Assembly: GCA_964534295.1 (NCBI GenBank)
Contig: CAZHOC010000001.1
Span: forward strand, 1-45,442
Direction: 5' to 3'
Source: an uncultured Bacteroidia bacterium
GTDB taxonomy: Bacteria > Bacteroidota > Bacteroidia > J057
Length of the DNA stretch: 45,442 nucleotides
The first letter of the stretch is position 1. Every line of letters begins with the position of its first letter. The position numbers were made by a program, and so were the translations under genes. Shown here piece after piece: positions 8,770-17,811 of the stretch. The notes beneath the pieces are model-generated. The model had not been told where the DNA came from. It saw nothing but the letters and a program-made list of their open reading frames with translations, and searched no databases.

Positions 8770-10680
8770 ATGATTCTCGACTCAAAGATTCCCGAAGGAA
8801 AATTGGAAGAAAAATGGCGGAATTATCAGCTTCAAGCTAGGCTGATCAACCCAGCCAATAAAAAGAAATTACAGGTCATAGTTGTCGGTTCTGGACTGGC
8901 AGGAGCCGGTGCCGCGGCTACTTTGGCCGAACTGGGCTACGAAGTAAAATGTTTTTGTTATCAGGACTCCGCCCGCCGGGCTCACTCTACTGCGGCTCAA
9001 GGCGGGATCAATGCCTCCAAAAACTATCAGCATGATGGAGACAGTGTCTGGCGGATGTTTTATGATACCTTGAAAGGAGGAGACTTCCGATCAAGAGAAG
9101 CAAATGTCTATCGCTTGGCCGAGATTTCGGGCCCATTGATTGATCATTTTACCCAGCAGGGAGTTCCCTTCGCCAGAGAATATGGAGGCACCTTGGTCAA
9201 CCGTAGCTTTGGGGGTGTTCAGGTGCAACGAACCTTTTATGCCCGAGGGCAAACGGGGCAGCAGTTATTGTTGGCGGCCTACTCCCAATTATCCAAGATG
9301 ATCCGGGCGGGTAAGGTAACAATGTTTGCTCGCCATGAAATGCTAGACCTAGTGGTAGTGGATGGCGTAGCCAAAGGCATCATTGTGCGGTATTTGACTA
9401 CAGGAGAACTGAAAAGATTTGCGGCCGATGCCGTAGTACTAGCTACCGGCGGGTATTCTAGGGTTTTCCGACTCTCCACCATGGCCATTGGCTGTAATGG
9501 GAGTGCGATCTGGAAGGCCCATAAAAAGGGTGCCTATTTTGCCGCGCCCAGTTTTGTCCAAATTCATCCCACAGCACTTCCCCAATCCAGTGATTCACAA
9601 TCCAAACTGACATTGATGTCAGAATCCCTCCGAAACGACGGGCGAATCTGGGTTCCCAAAAAAGAAGGGGACAGCCGTGCCGCCAATGACATACCCGAAG
9701 CAGAAAGAGATTATTATCTGGAAAGACGTTATCCGAGCTTTGGCAACTTGGCACCCAGGGACATTGCCTCTCGGGCGGCCAAGGAAAGAATCGATGCGGG
9801 CTTCGGGGTGGGCCGATTGAAAAATGCTGTTTACCTCGACTTCAAACATGCCATTGCGAATTTTGGGAGGGAGGTGATCGAGGACCGCTACGGCAATCTC
9901 TTCGACATGTACAAAAAAATCACCGGCATTGATGCTTATCAGGAACCCATGCAGATATCACCCGCCGCTCACTTTTCCATGGGTGGGCTATGGGTCGATT
10001 ATGAACTGATGACGACCATTCCGGGACTTTATGCGCTGGGAGAATGCAACTACTCAGACCACGGTGCCAATCGACTGGGAGCTAACTCCCTTTTGCAAGC
10101 GAGTATCGATGGGTATTTCATTTTGCCCAATACGATCAACAACTATTTGTCTAGTGAACTGAAGAAAGAATCGATCACCACTGATCATGCAGCCTTTGCC
10201 AAGGCTGAGCAAGCGGTAGCTAGTCATATTCAACGCCTCCTGGCGGTACGAGGTAGTCGTACTGTGGACGATTTTCACCGGGAACTGGGTAAAACCATGT
10301 GGCAGGAATGCGCCATGAGTCGCAATAGAGCTGGCTTAGAAAAAGCGATTGCGCAAATCAAAAAGCTCAAAGATGATTTCTGGGATGAGGTGATCGTTAC
10401 CGGAGAGGCCGACGAATTCAATCCAGAGCTAGAAAAAGCATTGCGGTTTGCCGATTTCATCGAACTAGGGCTCTTGATGTGTACCGACGCTTTGCAGCGG
10501 GAAGAATCATGCGGGGCCCATTTTCGAGAAGAATTTCAGACAGAAGACGGAGAGGCCCTGCGAAACGACAAGGAATATGCCTTTGTCTCGGCATGGGAGT
10601 ATGGAGAAGACGAGTTCAAACTCCACAAAGAAGCCTTGACTTTCGAATACATTCAACCCACGGTAAGAAGCTACAAATAA
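8770..10680 (+). CDS. sdhA: Succinate dehydrogenase/fumarate reductase flavoprotein subunit
   Basis: 636 aa. It has the FAD-binding [12 protein letters not shown], and [12 protein letters not shown] (the covalent-FAD His motif). Confidence 0.95.
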   Translation: MILDSKIPEGKLEEKWRNYQLQARLINPANKKKLQVIVVGSGLAGAGAAATLAELGYEVKCFCYQDSARRAHSTAAQGGINASKNYQHDGDSVWRMFYDTLKGGDFRSREANVYRLAEISGPLIDHFTQQGVPFAREYGGTLVNRSFGGVQVQRTFYARGQTGQQLLLAAYSQLSKMIRAGKVTMFARHEMLDLVVVDGVAKGIIVRYLTTGELKRFAADAVVLATGGYSRVFRLSTMAIGCNGSAIWKAHKKGAYFAAPSFVQIHPTALPQSSDSQSKLTLMSESLRNDGRIWVPKKEGDSRAANDIPEAERDYYLERRYPSFGNLAPRDIASRAAKERIDAGFGVGRLKNAVYLDFKHAIANFGREVIEDRYGNLFDMYKKITGIDAYQEPMQISPAAHFSMGGLWVDYELMTTIPGLYALGECNYSDHGANRLGANSLLQASIDGYFILPNTINNYLSSELKKESITTDHAAFAKAEQAVASHIQRLLAVRGSRTVDDFHRELGKTMWQECAMSRNRAGLEKAIAQIKKLKDDFWDEVIVTGEADEFNPELEKALRFADFIELGLLMCTDALQREESCGAHFREEFQTEDGEALRNDKEYAFVSAWEYGEDEFKLHKEALTFEYIQPTVRSYK

Positions 10681-10687
10681 TCCAAGC

Positions 10688-11431
10688 ATGAACATTCAAT
10701 TCAAAATTTGGCGTCAAAACAAAGCCAACGAAAAGGGCCGCTTTGAGACCTATGAAGTAGACGGACTCACCGAGGATATGTCTTTTTTAGAAGCCTTGGA
10801 TTATCTAAATGAACGCTTGGTCCTCAAGGGCGAAAAAGTAATCGCCTATGAATACGATTGCCGAGAAGGCATTTGTGGTCAATGTGGGGTCTTCATCAAT
10901 GGCCGGGCCCATGGGCCGCATGAGCATATCACCACCTGCCAGTTGCATATGCGTAGTTTTGAGGATGGAGATACCGTAATGGTAGAACCCTGGCGAGCCA
11001 GTGCTTTTCCGGTAATCAAAGACTTGGTGGTGGATCGATCAGCCCTGGACCGAATCGTGGAGCAGGGAGGCTACATCAGCGCCAAAACAGGTACCGCTCC
11101 AGAAGCTAATGCCATCCTCGTAGGGAAAGAAATTGCGGATCGAGCCATGGATGCAGCAGCTTGCATTGGTTGTGGAGCTTGTGTCGCTACTTGTAAAAAC
11201 GCTTCTGCCGCCCTATTTACCGCCGCCAAGATCAATCATTTGAACTCACTGCCACAAGGCAAGCCCGAAGCCCATCGCCGGGTTTTGGACATGACCCAGC
11301 AGATGGAAGCAGAAGAATTTGGGCATTGTTCTTTTACCGGAGCCTGCGCAGTGGAGTGCCCCCAGGAAATTTCCCTGACCAACATTGCTGAGATGAACGG
11401 GCGGGTAATAAAGGCCAAGCTATTTGGTTAG
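10688..11431 (+). CDS. sdhB: Succinate dehydrogenase/fumarate reductase iron-sulfur subunit
   Basis: 247 aa. Cys clusters are CREGICGQCG, CIGCGACVATC and CSFTGACAVECP. Confidence 0.95.
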   Translation: MNIQFKIWRQNKANEKGRFETYEVDGLTEDMSFLEALDYLNERLVLKGEKVIAYEYDCREGICGQCGVFINGRAHGPHEHITTCQLHMRSFEDGDTVMVEPWRASAFPVIKDLVVDRSALDRIVEQGGYISAKTGTAPEANAILVGKEIADRAMDAAACIGCGACVATCKNASAALFTAAKINHLNSLPQGKPEAHRRVLDMTQQMEAEEFGHCSFTGACAVECPQEISLTNIAEMNGRVIKAKLFG

Positions 11432-11446
11432 GCTTTTGGCAGGAGA

Positions 11447-11464
11447 AAAGCGTTCCGCGCAGCG
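11447..11464. repeat. Solo copy of the repeat-family terminal motif (aaagcgttccgcgcagcg)
   Basis: It lies 16 nt after the sdhB stop and matches the TIR core of the elements listed below. Confidence 0.6.
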
Positions 11465-11609
11465 AGAAAAAAACACCAAACAAGCCCGTAATATTTACGA
11501 TAGAGGGATTTTTTGCCCCTTTCTCTTAATACATTTACATTGATCTTAAGGAATGTAAAGCTTTGTTAAGGTGTGATGAAATGCAAAGTGAGCCTCCTAC
11601 CTTTAGCAC

Positions 11610-13064
11610 ATGACCAATCAAGTAAAGGGCGTGATCGCGCTCATCATTTGCTCCCTCATGGGAATGTTTTACCTGCAATCGTATTACGCTTGGCAGGTTT
11701 ATCAGCAGCACAGCCTTGCCCTGCAAGGGGAAATCGACGAGGTCTTACTGGCCGCGGTAAGTAAGGCCCAAGAAGAGAAGAATTTACGCATAAAGGAACG
11801 CGTCGATGAGAGTCTTCGCAATCCCGAACTGGTTTCCTACGCTTTTTTGAAGACGGCAGAAGGCCCGAAAATCGCTACTGTTGATCCGCTTACAGGGGAG
11901 ACCTATTCGAGTTTGACTTACCCAGGGGAGGCTGAACCGGAGCCGAGTCTCATCGAAATGCAAGAATACCTTATCAAACGAAATGATGCCTTTATGGCGA
12001 AGGGTACCTATATGTACTGGAGTCCCTTGATCGCCGAAAGACTGGAAGACTATATGAAAAACGCTAGGCTTTCGGCTGCTTTTCTAAACCAGCAATTTGA
12101 TAAGGAGCTCAAGAGTCGGAACATAGAAGGAGGCTTTCGGGTGGTTTTTACTTCTGAAGATTTTGAGGATGAAGATTTTGCCCATGGAGAGTTGCGCTCC
12201 CTGGCTTGGAATGTACATACCGAGGAGTATGACCATATGGCTTTGGTGATTTCTAACCCTGCTTTTGAAATCCTCAAGCGTATGGGACTGATCTTGGGCT
12301 CGACGGTGCTGGTCCTGATGTTGATCGTATTGAGCTTTGTGGCCCTTGGTATCATATTGCATCGTCAAAAAAAGCTCTCGGCCCTCAAAGATGACTTTAT
12401 TGACAATGTTACGCACGAACTATTGACCCCTATAGCCACTCTGAAATTAGCCTTAGAAACCCTAAACAGAGATCCTGATTTCTCTCAGTCCCCTTATCTC
12501 GAAATCTCCAACCAGCAAACCCATCGGATGGCAGAAGTCGTAGATCACATCCTGCAGGTATCCTTTGTGGAGGAAGGCAGGGCAGGCCTGCGCATGGAAT
12601 CCGTCGAACTCGTGAGTTTGATTCAAGAGGTAGCCAATTATCATCGCACCATGGCGCAAAACCCCATTGCCTTGAGCTTGGAGTTACCCTCTGAAATATT
12701 GGTTTGGAGTGATCATCATCATCTCAATAATGTCCTGCACAATGTACTGGGTAATGCTGTGAAATATGGCCCGGAAGAAGGTGGAGAAATAGGTGTCAAC
12801 TTGAAAACTGAGGATGATATCCTCCTGCTGCAGATTTGGGACAATGGGCGAGGAATTCCAGCGGAGGAACAGGAGGCCATCTTTGATAAGTTTCATCGAG
12901 TTCAGAGGGGAGGAATCCATGATGTCAAAGGCTTGGGTATCGGCCTCTATTATAGTCGTAGCATTTTGCGGCAGCTTGGCGGCGATATTCGTCTGGCCCA
13001 AAGTTCGGCGGCGGGTAGTTGCTTTGAAATCACCCTGCCTCTTATCCACACCTCTGTGATATGA
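11610..13064 (+). CDS. Sensor histidine kinase
   Basis: 484 aa with two TM segments. The H-box is FIDNVTHELLTPIATL. The ATPase boxes are NVLGNAVKYGPEEGG, DNGRGIP and GLGIGLYYS. Confidence 0.9.
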   Translation: MTNQVKGVIALIICSLMGMFYLQSYYAWQVYQQHSLALQGEIDEVLLAAVSKAQEEKNLRIKERVDESLRNPELVSYAFLKTAEGPKIATVDPLTGETYSSLTYPGEAEPEPSLIEMQEYLIKRNDAFMAKGTYMYWSPLIAERLEDYMKNARLSAAFLNQQFDKELKSRNIEGGFRVVFTSEDFEDEDFAHGELRSLAWNVHTEEYDHMALVISNPAFEILKRMGLILGSTVLVLMLIVLSFVALGIILHRQKKLSALKDDFIDNVTHELLTPIATLKLALETLNRDPDFSQSPYLEISNQQTHRMAEVVDHILQVSFVEEGRAGLRMESVELVSLIQEVANYHRTMAQNPIALSLELPSEILVWSDHHHLNNVLHNVLGNAVKYGPEEGGEIGVNLKTEDDILLLQIWDNGRGIPAEEQEAIFDKFHRVQRGGIHDVKGLGIGLYYSRSILRQLGGDIRLAQSSAAGSCFEITLPLIHTSVI

Positions 13065-13756
13065 ATGCCAAAATTTTATTGGTAGAAGACGAATTGGCCT
13101 TGGCTCGCCTCATCAGAGACAACCTGATTGAGGAGGGCTTTTTGGTTGAGCATAGTCCCAATGGAGAGGCTGCCCTAAAGCGTTTTTTTGATTGGGAGCC
13201 AGATCTGGTCATTCTTGATGTCATGATGCCTCGGAAAAATGGCTTTAAGGTTGCTGCTACCATTCGCAATACGGATCGCAAGACGCCAATTTTATTTCTC
13301 ACGGCCAAAATCAAGGCAGCTGATGTAGTCAAAGGATTCCAATCTGGTGGCAATGATTATATCCGGAAGCCTTTTGCTATGGCAGAACTGTTGATTAGAA
13401 TTCAGGCGCTCTTACAACAAGATCGTTTGGTAGATAGGCCCGAGATCAAGGAGGAAACGAGTTTTGAGTTAGGGCGCTTTACCTTTGATAGCAAGCGCAT
13501 GAGGCTAATTGACAAAGCGGGACAGCTGCAGAAGCTTACGACCCGAGAATCAGACTTGCTCCAATTGCTTTGTCAAAATCGCAATCGCCTGGTGACAAAA
13601 TCCAGCATACTACTGAAGATTTGGGGAGATGATTCCTTTTTCAATTCTCGGAGTTTGGATGTGTTCATCTCTCGCCTCAGAAAATATCTCAAAGCCGAGC
13701 CCAGCGTAAATCTCGTCAACCTGAGAGGAGTGGGCTACAAATTGGTGACGGATTGA
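13061..13756 (+). CDS. OmpR/PhoB-type response regulator
   Basis: 231 aa. The receiver reads ILLVEDE...ILDVMMPRKNGF...LTAK, followed by a winged-helix C-terminus (LDVFISRLRKYL...RGVGYKL). A 4-nt ATGA overlap with the kinase stop suggests translational coupling. Confidence 0.93.
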   Translation: MNAKILLVEDELALARLIRDNLIEEGFLVEHSPNGEAALKRFFDWEPDLVILDVMMPRKNGFKVAATIRNTDRKTPILFLTAKIKAADVVKGFQSGGNDYIRKPFAMAELLIRIQALLQQDRLVDRPEIKEETSFELGRFTFDSKRMRLIDKAGQLQKLTTRESDLLQLLCQNRNRLVTKSSILLKIWGDDSFFNSRSLDVFISRLRKYLKAEPSVNLVNLRGVGYKLVTD

Positions 13757-13782
13757 GATTTGGGCTGTTTATTGGGGGTTCT

Positions 13783-14036
13783 CCGCTGCGCGGAACGATT
13801 ATCCCTGGCAATGCGGTGCGGGTGCGGCATACATGCCCGCAGCTACCCGCATAATCATTTCGAGCGAGCGCAGCGACGAGAAATCTCCTTTCACTCAATT
13901 GTAATTACATCTGGAAGCCAAGGAGATTTCTCGTCGTCCCGAGAATCGGGACTCGCTCGAAATGCAAATTGGGTCGCTTTCGGGTGCGACAAGGCACCGC
14001 CTTTTCGCGATAGGGATAAGCGTTCTGCGAAGCAGG
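13783..14036. mobile_element. MITE/REPIN-like element E1 (about 254 bp) with ~24-bp terminal inverted repeats and a long internal hairpin
   Basis: The left end is ccgctgcgcggaacgattatccct (13783-13806). The right end is agggataagcgttctgcgaagcagg (14012-14036), its near reverse complement. The internal hairpin has arms catttcgagcgagcgcagcgacgagaaatctcct (from 13856) and aggagatttctcgtcg...cgctcgaaatg (to 13964). It also carries a gcgacaaggcaccgcc module and a tgcgggt..acccgca hairpin. Confidence 0.75.
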
Positions 14037-14086
14037 AAACAGAAATATGAAACCCTGCTTTGCAGCATGCCTAATAGAGGAGATAC

Positions 14087-15577
14087 TTAGGATTGTGTCT
14101 TTCTGGGGTACAACTTTGAAAAGATCCAGCCAGTGATGATGGCAAACAAAAAGGAGGGGGCCAATACATCCAGCTTTTCAAAGTAGGGACCAACACCGTC
14201 CATATTGGCTACTACAAATTTGAAGAAGGGCACACAAAGAAAGCCCGTAATCATAGAAGCGATGGCACCCGCTTCAGAATATCCTTTGTAGAATAAAGAC
14301 AATATGATCACCGGACAGAAAGAGGCGGCAATTCCTGACCAACCAAAGATGACCATCCAAAAGACGGTTCGATTGGGAGAGTTTACGGCTATGAGCATGG
14401 CAATGGCTAAAGCGAGAATCGCCATGATTAGGGTAACCGCTCTCGACATCTTGGTGAGATCCTTATCTGGAATACTGGGATTGAAGATTTTTTGATAAAA
14501 GTCTCGGGTGATGGCACTTGAGGCAATCACCAAGAGGGAATCTATGGTGGACATGATGGCCGAAAGCACCACCGCGACATAAATGGCAACCAACAAATAA
14601 GGCAAGAAATTTTCGGTCATAATGGAAAGGACATCCTCACCTGCATTGCCAAGAATTGCTTCGGGGTCTTGGCCGCTTTCTGTAAATAAGATTCTTGCTA
14701 GCACGCCGATCGTTACGGCAGCAGTATCTGTCAATAAGGTAAAGATGACCGCAACCCATTTTCCTTTATCAATTTCTAATTCGTTTTTGATGGACATAAA
14801 ACGAACATAGACTTGAGGAGAACCCAAGAAGCCTAAACCGATCATGGCAAAGCCAAGCATAGTGGCAATGTTCATCCAGGGATCATCGCTAGGTCCCCAT
14901 ACATTGGTGAGCGCTGGGTCAATCTGATTGAGGCTTTCAACTATGCCGAGGCCTCCGTCCATCGAAAAGTAAACTACCAGAGGTAGGAGGAGTAGGCCAA
15001 AAAACATCAATAGTCCCTGAAACAAATCCGACCAGACCGCGGCGACAAAGCCCCCAATAAAGATGTAGGTCAATACGATGAAAAAGCCAATAATGGCTCC
15101 AACGTAATAATCAATCCCCATCATTGATTCAAAGGCTTTGCCCGTGACATCAATTTGCGAGCTGACATAAATGATCACAAAAAGGGAAAGAATGGTAGAG
15201 GCTAAAATGCGTAGGGTCTTGGTATTGGACTGAAAATGACTTTCTAAATAATCAGGCACGGTGATGGCCTGGTATTCGTCGGTCTTTCGTTTGAAGCGTT
15301 TAGCCATATACCACCATGAAACGGCAACTCCTAGGACTTCTCCCACTACTACCCAATAGGTCGATAGACCAGAAATAGCGCCCATGCCCGTCAAGCCGAT
15401 CAACAACCAGCCCGATTCGCCAGTCGCTCTGGCCGAAAAAGCCACTGCCCAAAAGCCCATATTTTTGCCCCCTACATAAAAATCACTCATGCTTTTGACT
15501 CGCCGAGAGGCAAAAATGCCAATAAGAAACAGGGCTAGGACATATAGCCCTAAAGCAATTAGTTTAGAGATTTCCAT
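14087..15577 (-). CDS. Sodium:solute symporter (SSS family) transporter
   Basis: 496 aa and polytopic. The N-terminal pattern DFYVGGKNMGFWAVAFSARATGESGWLLIGLTGMG is typical of PutP/PanF-type SSS proteins. It lies 47 bp downstream of the decarboxylase on the same strand. Confidence 0.85.
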   Translation of the reverse strand: MEISKLIALGLYVLALFLIGIFASRRVKSMSDFYVGGKNMGFWAVAFSARATGESGWLLIGLTGMGAISGLSTYWVVVGEVLGVAVSWWYMAKRFKRKTDEYQAITVPDYLESHFQSNTKTLRILASTILSLFVIIYVSSQIDVTGKAFESMMGIDYYVGAIIGFFIVLTYIFIGGFVAAVWSDLFQGLLMFFGLLLLPLVVYFSMDGGLGIVESLNQIDPALTNVWGPSDDPWMNIATMLGFAMIGLGFLGSPQVYVRFMSIKNELEIDKGKWVAVIFTLLTDTAAVTIGVLARILFTESGQDPEAILGNAGEDVLSIMTENFLPYLLVAIYVAVVLSAIMSTIDSLLVIASSAITRDFYQKIFNPSIPDKDLTKMSRAVTLIMAILALAIAMLIAVNSPNRTVFWMVIFGWSGIAASFCPVIILSLFYKGYSEAGAIASMITGFLCVPFFKFVVANMDGVGPYFEKLDVLAPSFLFAIITGWIFSKLYPRKTQS

Positions 15578-15624
15578 AGGTAAGAGTTGGGGCTTAAGGG
15601 GAATGAGTTAACGCTTGATAGGCA

Positions 15625-17016
15625 TCAAGCCGTGATAGATGGCTCAAATAAGTGGGCATTTTCTGCCACAAACTGCTCCAATATTTTGAAGAAGTCTAAT
15701 ATATCCTGATGTTCGTTTTGGGCATTGATGGTGACCAAACGGATAAACTCATCTTCTTTAAAAGTACCGTAGCCTACCAAAAGCTTTGCATGCTCATAGA
15801 GTAGGGTGCAAATATCACGGGCCGGAATCCCTTTATAATTAAAGCAGATGGCAATGGAGTCATCAAAGCTATAGAGAGTATAATCTTTATTGTTGCGGAC
15901 ATACTCTCTGGCCGTATCGGCTAAGGCGAATTGGTGATCTACGATTTTTTCCAGACCAGAGGTACCTACGCTCTTCCAAAGCGTCCAAAATTTGAGGGCA
16001 TCATTTCTTCGACCACACTGCAAGGAGGTCTTGCCGAGATTGAATTCGTCGTGATCCGTTTGATACAGATAATTGGCATCATTGGAAAAAGAATCGTAAA
16101 GATGCTTTTTGTCTTTTACGACAATGATCGAACAAGAGAGGGGGGTCCCGATCATCTTATGGGCATTAAAGCTAAAGGAGTCCACCAGCTCTACGCCGTC
16201 AATGAGGTGCTTGTACTTTTCACTAAATAAAACGGAGCCACAATATGCACCATCGATATGTAGCCACATATTATGTTGTTTGCAGATGGCACTGACGGAG
16301 CGGACTGGATCAAATGCGCCGAGTACAGTCGTGCCTGCAGTCAGATTGACCATGATCGGTAATCCTCCAGCAAGTTTATCCGCCTCTACCATTTCGGCTA
16401 ACAGTTTTGTATCTATCCGGCCTTCATCATCTGTCGGCACATAACGGACATTTTCTCTACCGATGCCACTGAAAGCGGCATTTTTAGGAATGCTATAGTG
16501 AGATTCTTTTGAAGTATAGACCAGCATTTTTTGCTGCATCCCCTGTTGCTTTACAGTCTCGGATGCGGCATCTCTCGCCATGAGCATAGACATGAAGTTG
16601 GTCATAGATCCGCCGGGTGCTAAAGTACCATCCGAATTTTGATCCCAACCGATCATATCACAAACTTCTCTCAATATCTTTTTTTCTACTCCTATTTGTG
16701 GCCCTGCTGCCTTATAGGTGTACATACTATTATTAAGGATAACAGAGAGTAGTTCTCCTAGTATGGCTTGCTCATTGCGCCCTCCAAATAACTGATTGAA
16801 AAAACCCGTGGTGGCGGTTCGGGTCGAAGCAAAAACGAGTTCTCTTACAACCTGCTCAAATTCACTTTCACTTAATGGCTCCTTTTTTAAGGATAAATCG
16901 AGGCTCTCGTACAATTGAGAGGAAGGAATATGCTTGGCAACTGGATTTTTCTCTTCATCCTCCAACAACGCAGTCGTAATCCGTTGAAATAATTCAAGTC
17001 CTTTTTTCATGGTCAA
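15625..17016 (-). CDS. Group II PLP-dependent decarboxylase, predicted cysteine sulfinic acid decarboxylase (CSAD)
   Basis: 463 aa. The PLP-lysine motif is FNAHKMIGTPLSCS. FFNQLFGG...NNSMYTYK aligns with animal CSAD FFNQLFSG...NTSQYTYE. That places F, S (+20) and Y (+22) at the three selectivity positions; GAD65 has S, N and F there. Confidence 0.78.
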   Translation of the reverse strand: MTMKKGLELFQRITTALLEDEEKNPVAKHIPSSQLYESLDLSLKKEPLSESEFEQVVRELVFASTRTATTGFFNQLFGGRNEQAILGELLSVILNNSMYTYKAAGPQIGVEKKILREVCDMIGWDQNSDGTLAPGGSMTNFMSMLMARDAASETVKQQGMQQKMLVYTSKESHYSIPKNAAFSGIGRENVRYVPTDDEGRIDTKLLAEMVEADKLAGGLPIMVNLTAGTTVLGAFDPVRSVSAICKQHNMWLHIDGAYCGSVLFSEKYKHLIDGVELVDSFSFNAHKMIGTPLSCSIIVVKDKKHLYDSFSNDANYLYQTDHDEFNLGKTSLQCGRRNDALKFWTLWKSVGTSGLEKIVDHQFALADTAREYVRNNKDYTLYSFDDSIAICFNYKGIPARDICTLLYEHAKLLVGYGTFKEDEFIRLVTINAQNEHQDILDFFKILEQFVAENAHLFEPSITA

Positions 17017-17168
17017 AAGTTTAAAACACTTTTAAATTTACAGAAAGTAGAAAAAAACAATATAAAGTACCAGATTTGTAAGTGTTGAAAGTGAAAAATA
17101 CTACTATTTTTCATTTTGTAGAAAAAAATACTTATATACCTGCGCTTGCACATCAAGAATTTTTACTT

Positions 17169-17705
17169 ATGAATCATATTGGGACGCTAGAAGAATTAGT
17201 GAAGGCTTTAGATGGGGCAGACTCAAATGGTTACCCTAAGATCATGAAGCGGATACAGATTAGAGAGAGTGGCTTATCTGCCTATGCTACATGGATGGAG
17301 CAAGGTTATACACGCAACTGTTTGTATCGCAGCCCAAACTATGAACTCATTTTATTGTGTTGGGATATTGACGCTCAAACCCCTATCCATGGACACGGCG
17401 GCGAGGATTGCTGGGTATATCAGGTGCAAGGTACCGTTGAGGAAATCCGGTTCAGTGAAAAAGCAGGCGTTTTACATGAAACCCAACGCTTGGAATTGGC
17501 GCCCGGAAAGTTGACTTATATGCATGATCGCATGGGCTATCATTCTATTGTCAATATTTCGAACCAACGTGCGATGACCTTACATATTTACGATTCCCCC
17601 ATTGACGCTTGTAAGGTGTATAATGATCAAAAAGACTGTTTCGAAATCAAAGAAATGTCCTATCACACTTTTAAAGGAAGTGAAGTAGGTTCTCCCGTCT
17701 CATAG
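17169..17705 (+). CDS. Cysteine dioxygenase type I (cupin), Arg-type
   Basis: It aligns by eye with rat CDO: YTRNCL (YTRNLV), LILLCWDIDAQTPIHGHGGEDCWVYQVQGTVEEIRF ([36 protein letters not shown]), GYHSIVN (GLHRVEN) and LHIYDSPIDAC (LHLYSPPFDTC). I prefer the ATG at 17169 (MNHIGTLEEL) over the track's GTG at 17082. Confidence 0.8.
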   Translation: MNHIGTLEELVKALDGADSNGYPKIMKRIQIRESGLSAYATWMEQGYTRNCLYRSPNYELILLCWDIDAQTPIHGHGGEDCWVYQVQGTVEEIRFSEKAGVLHETQRLELAPGKLTYMHDRMGYHSIVNISNQRAMTLHIYDSPIDACKVYNDQKDCFEIKEMSYHTFKGSEVGSPVS

Positions 17706-17811
17706 CATGCTGCATTAAAGTAATTCCCTAATAGAGATTTTCTAGGTATTGTGGTGTTCTTCCGGTTATTGTTTTTTAGATTAGCGTCTAAAGCAGAATA
17801 TTTTACTGGAA

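Noticed and set aside
13716-14050. ORFs of 60-96 aa in repeat regions: 13716..13898 -, 13760..14050 +, 19905..20147 -, 30104..30301 -, 30392..30580 - and 43510..43788 -.
   Set aside because: They read through the MITE-like elements. The shared peptides (ISPRRCARS-like, MLIGDFSSLRSLERK...) come from the DNA repeats, not from conserved proteins.
17082-17168. The track places a GTG start for the CDO ORF at 17082.
   Set aside because: It would add 29 residues encoded by the AT-rich promoter region. The ATG at 17169 gives a length and N-terminus consistent with CDO.
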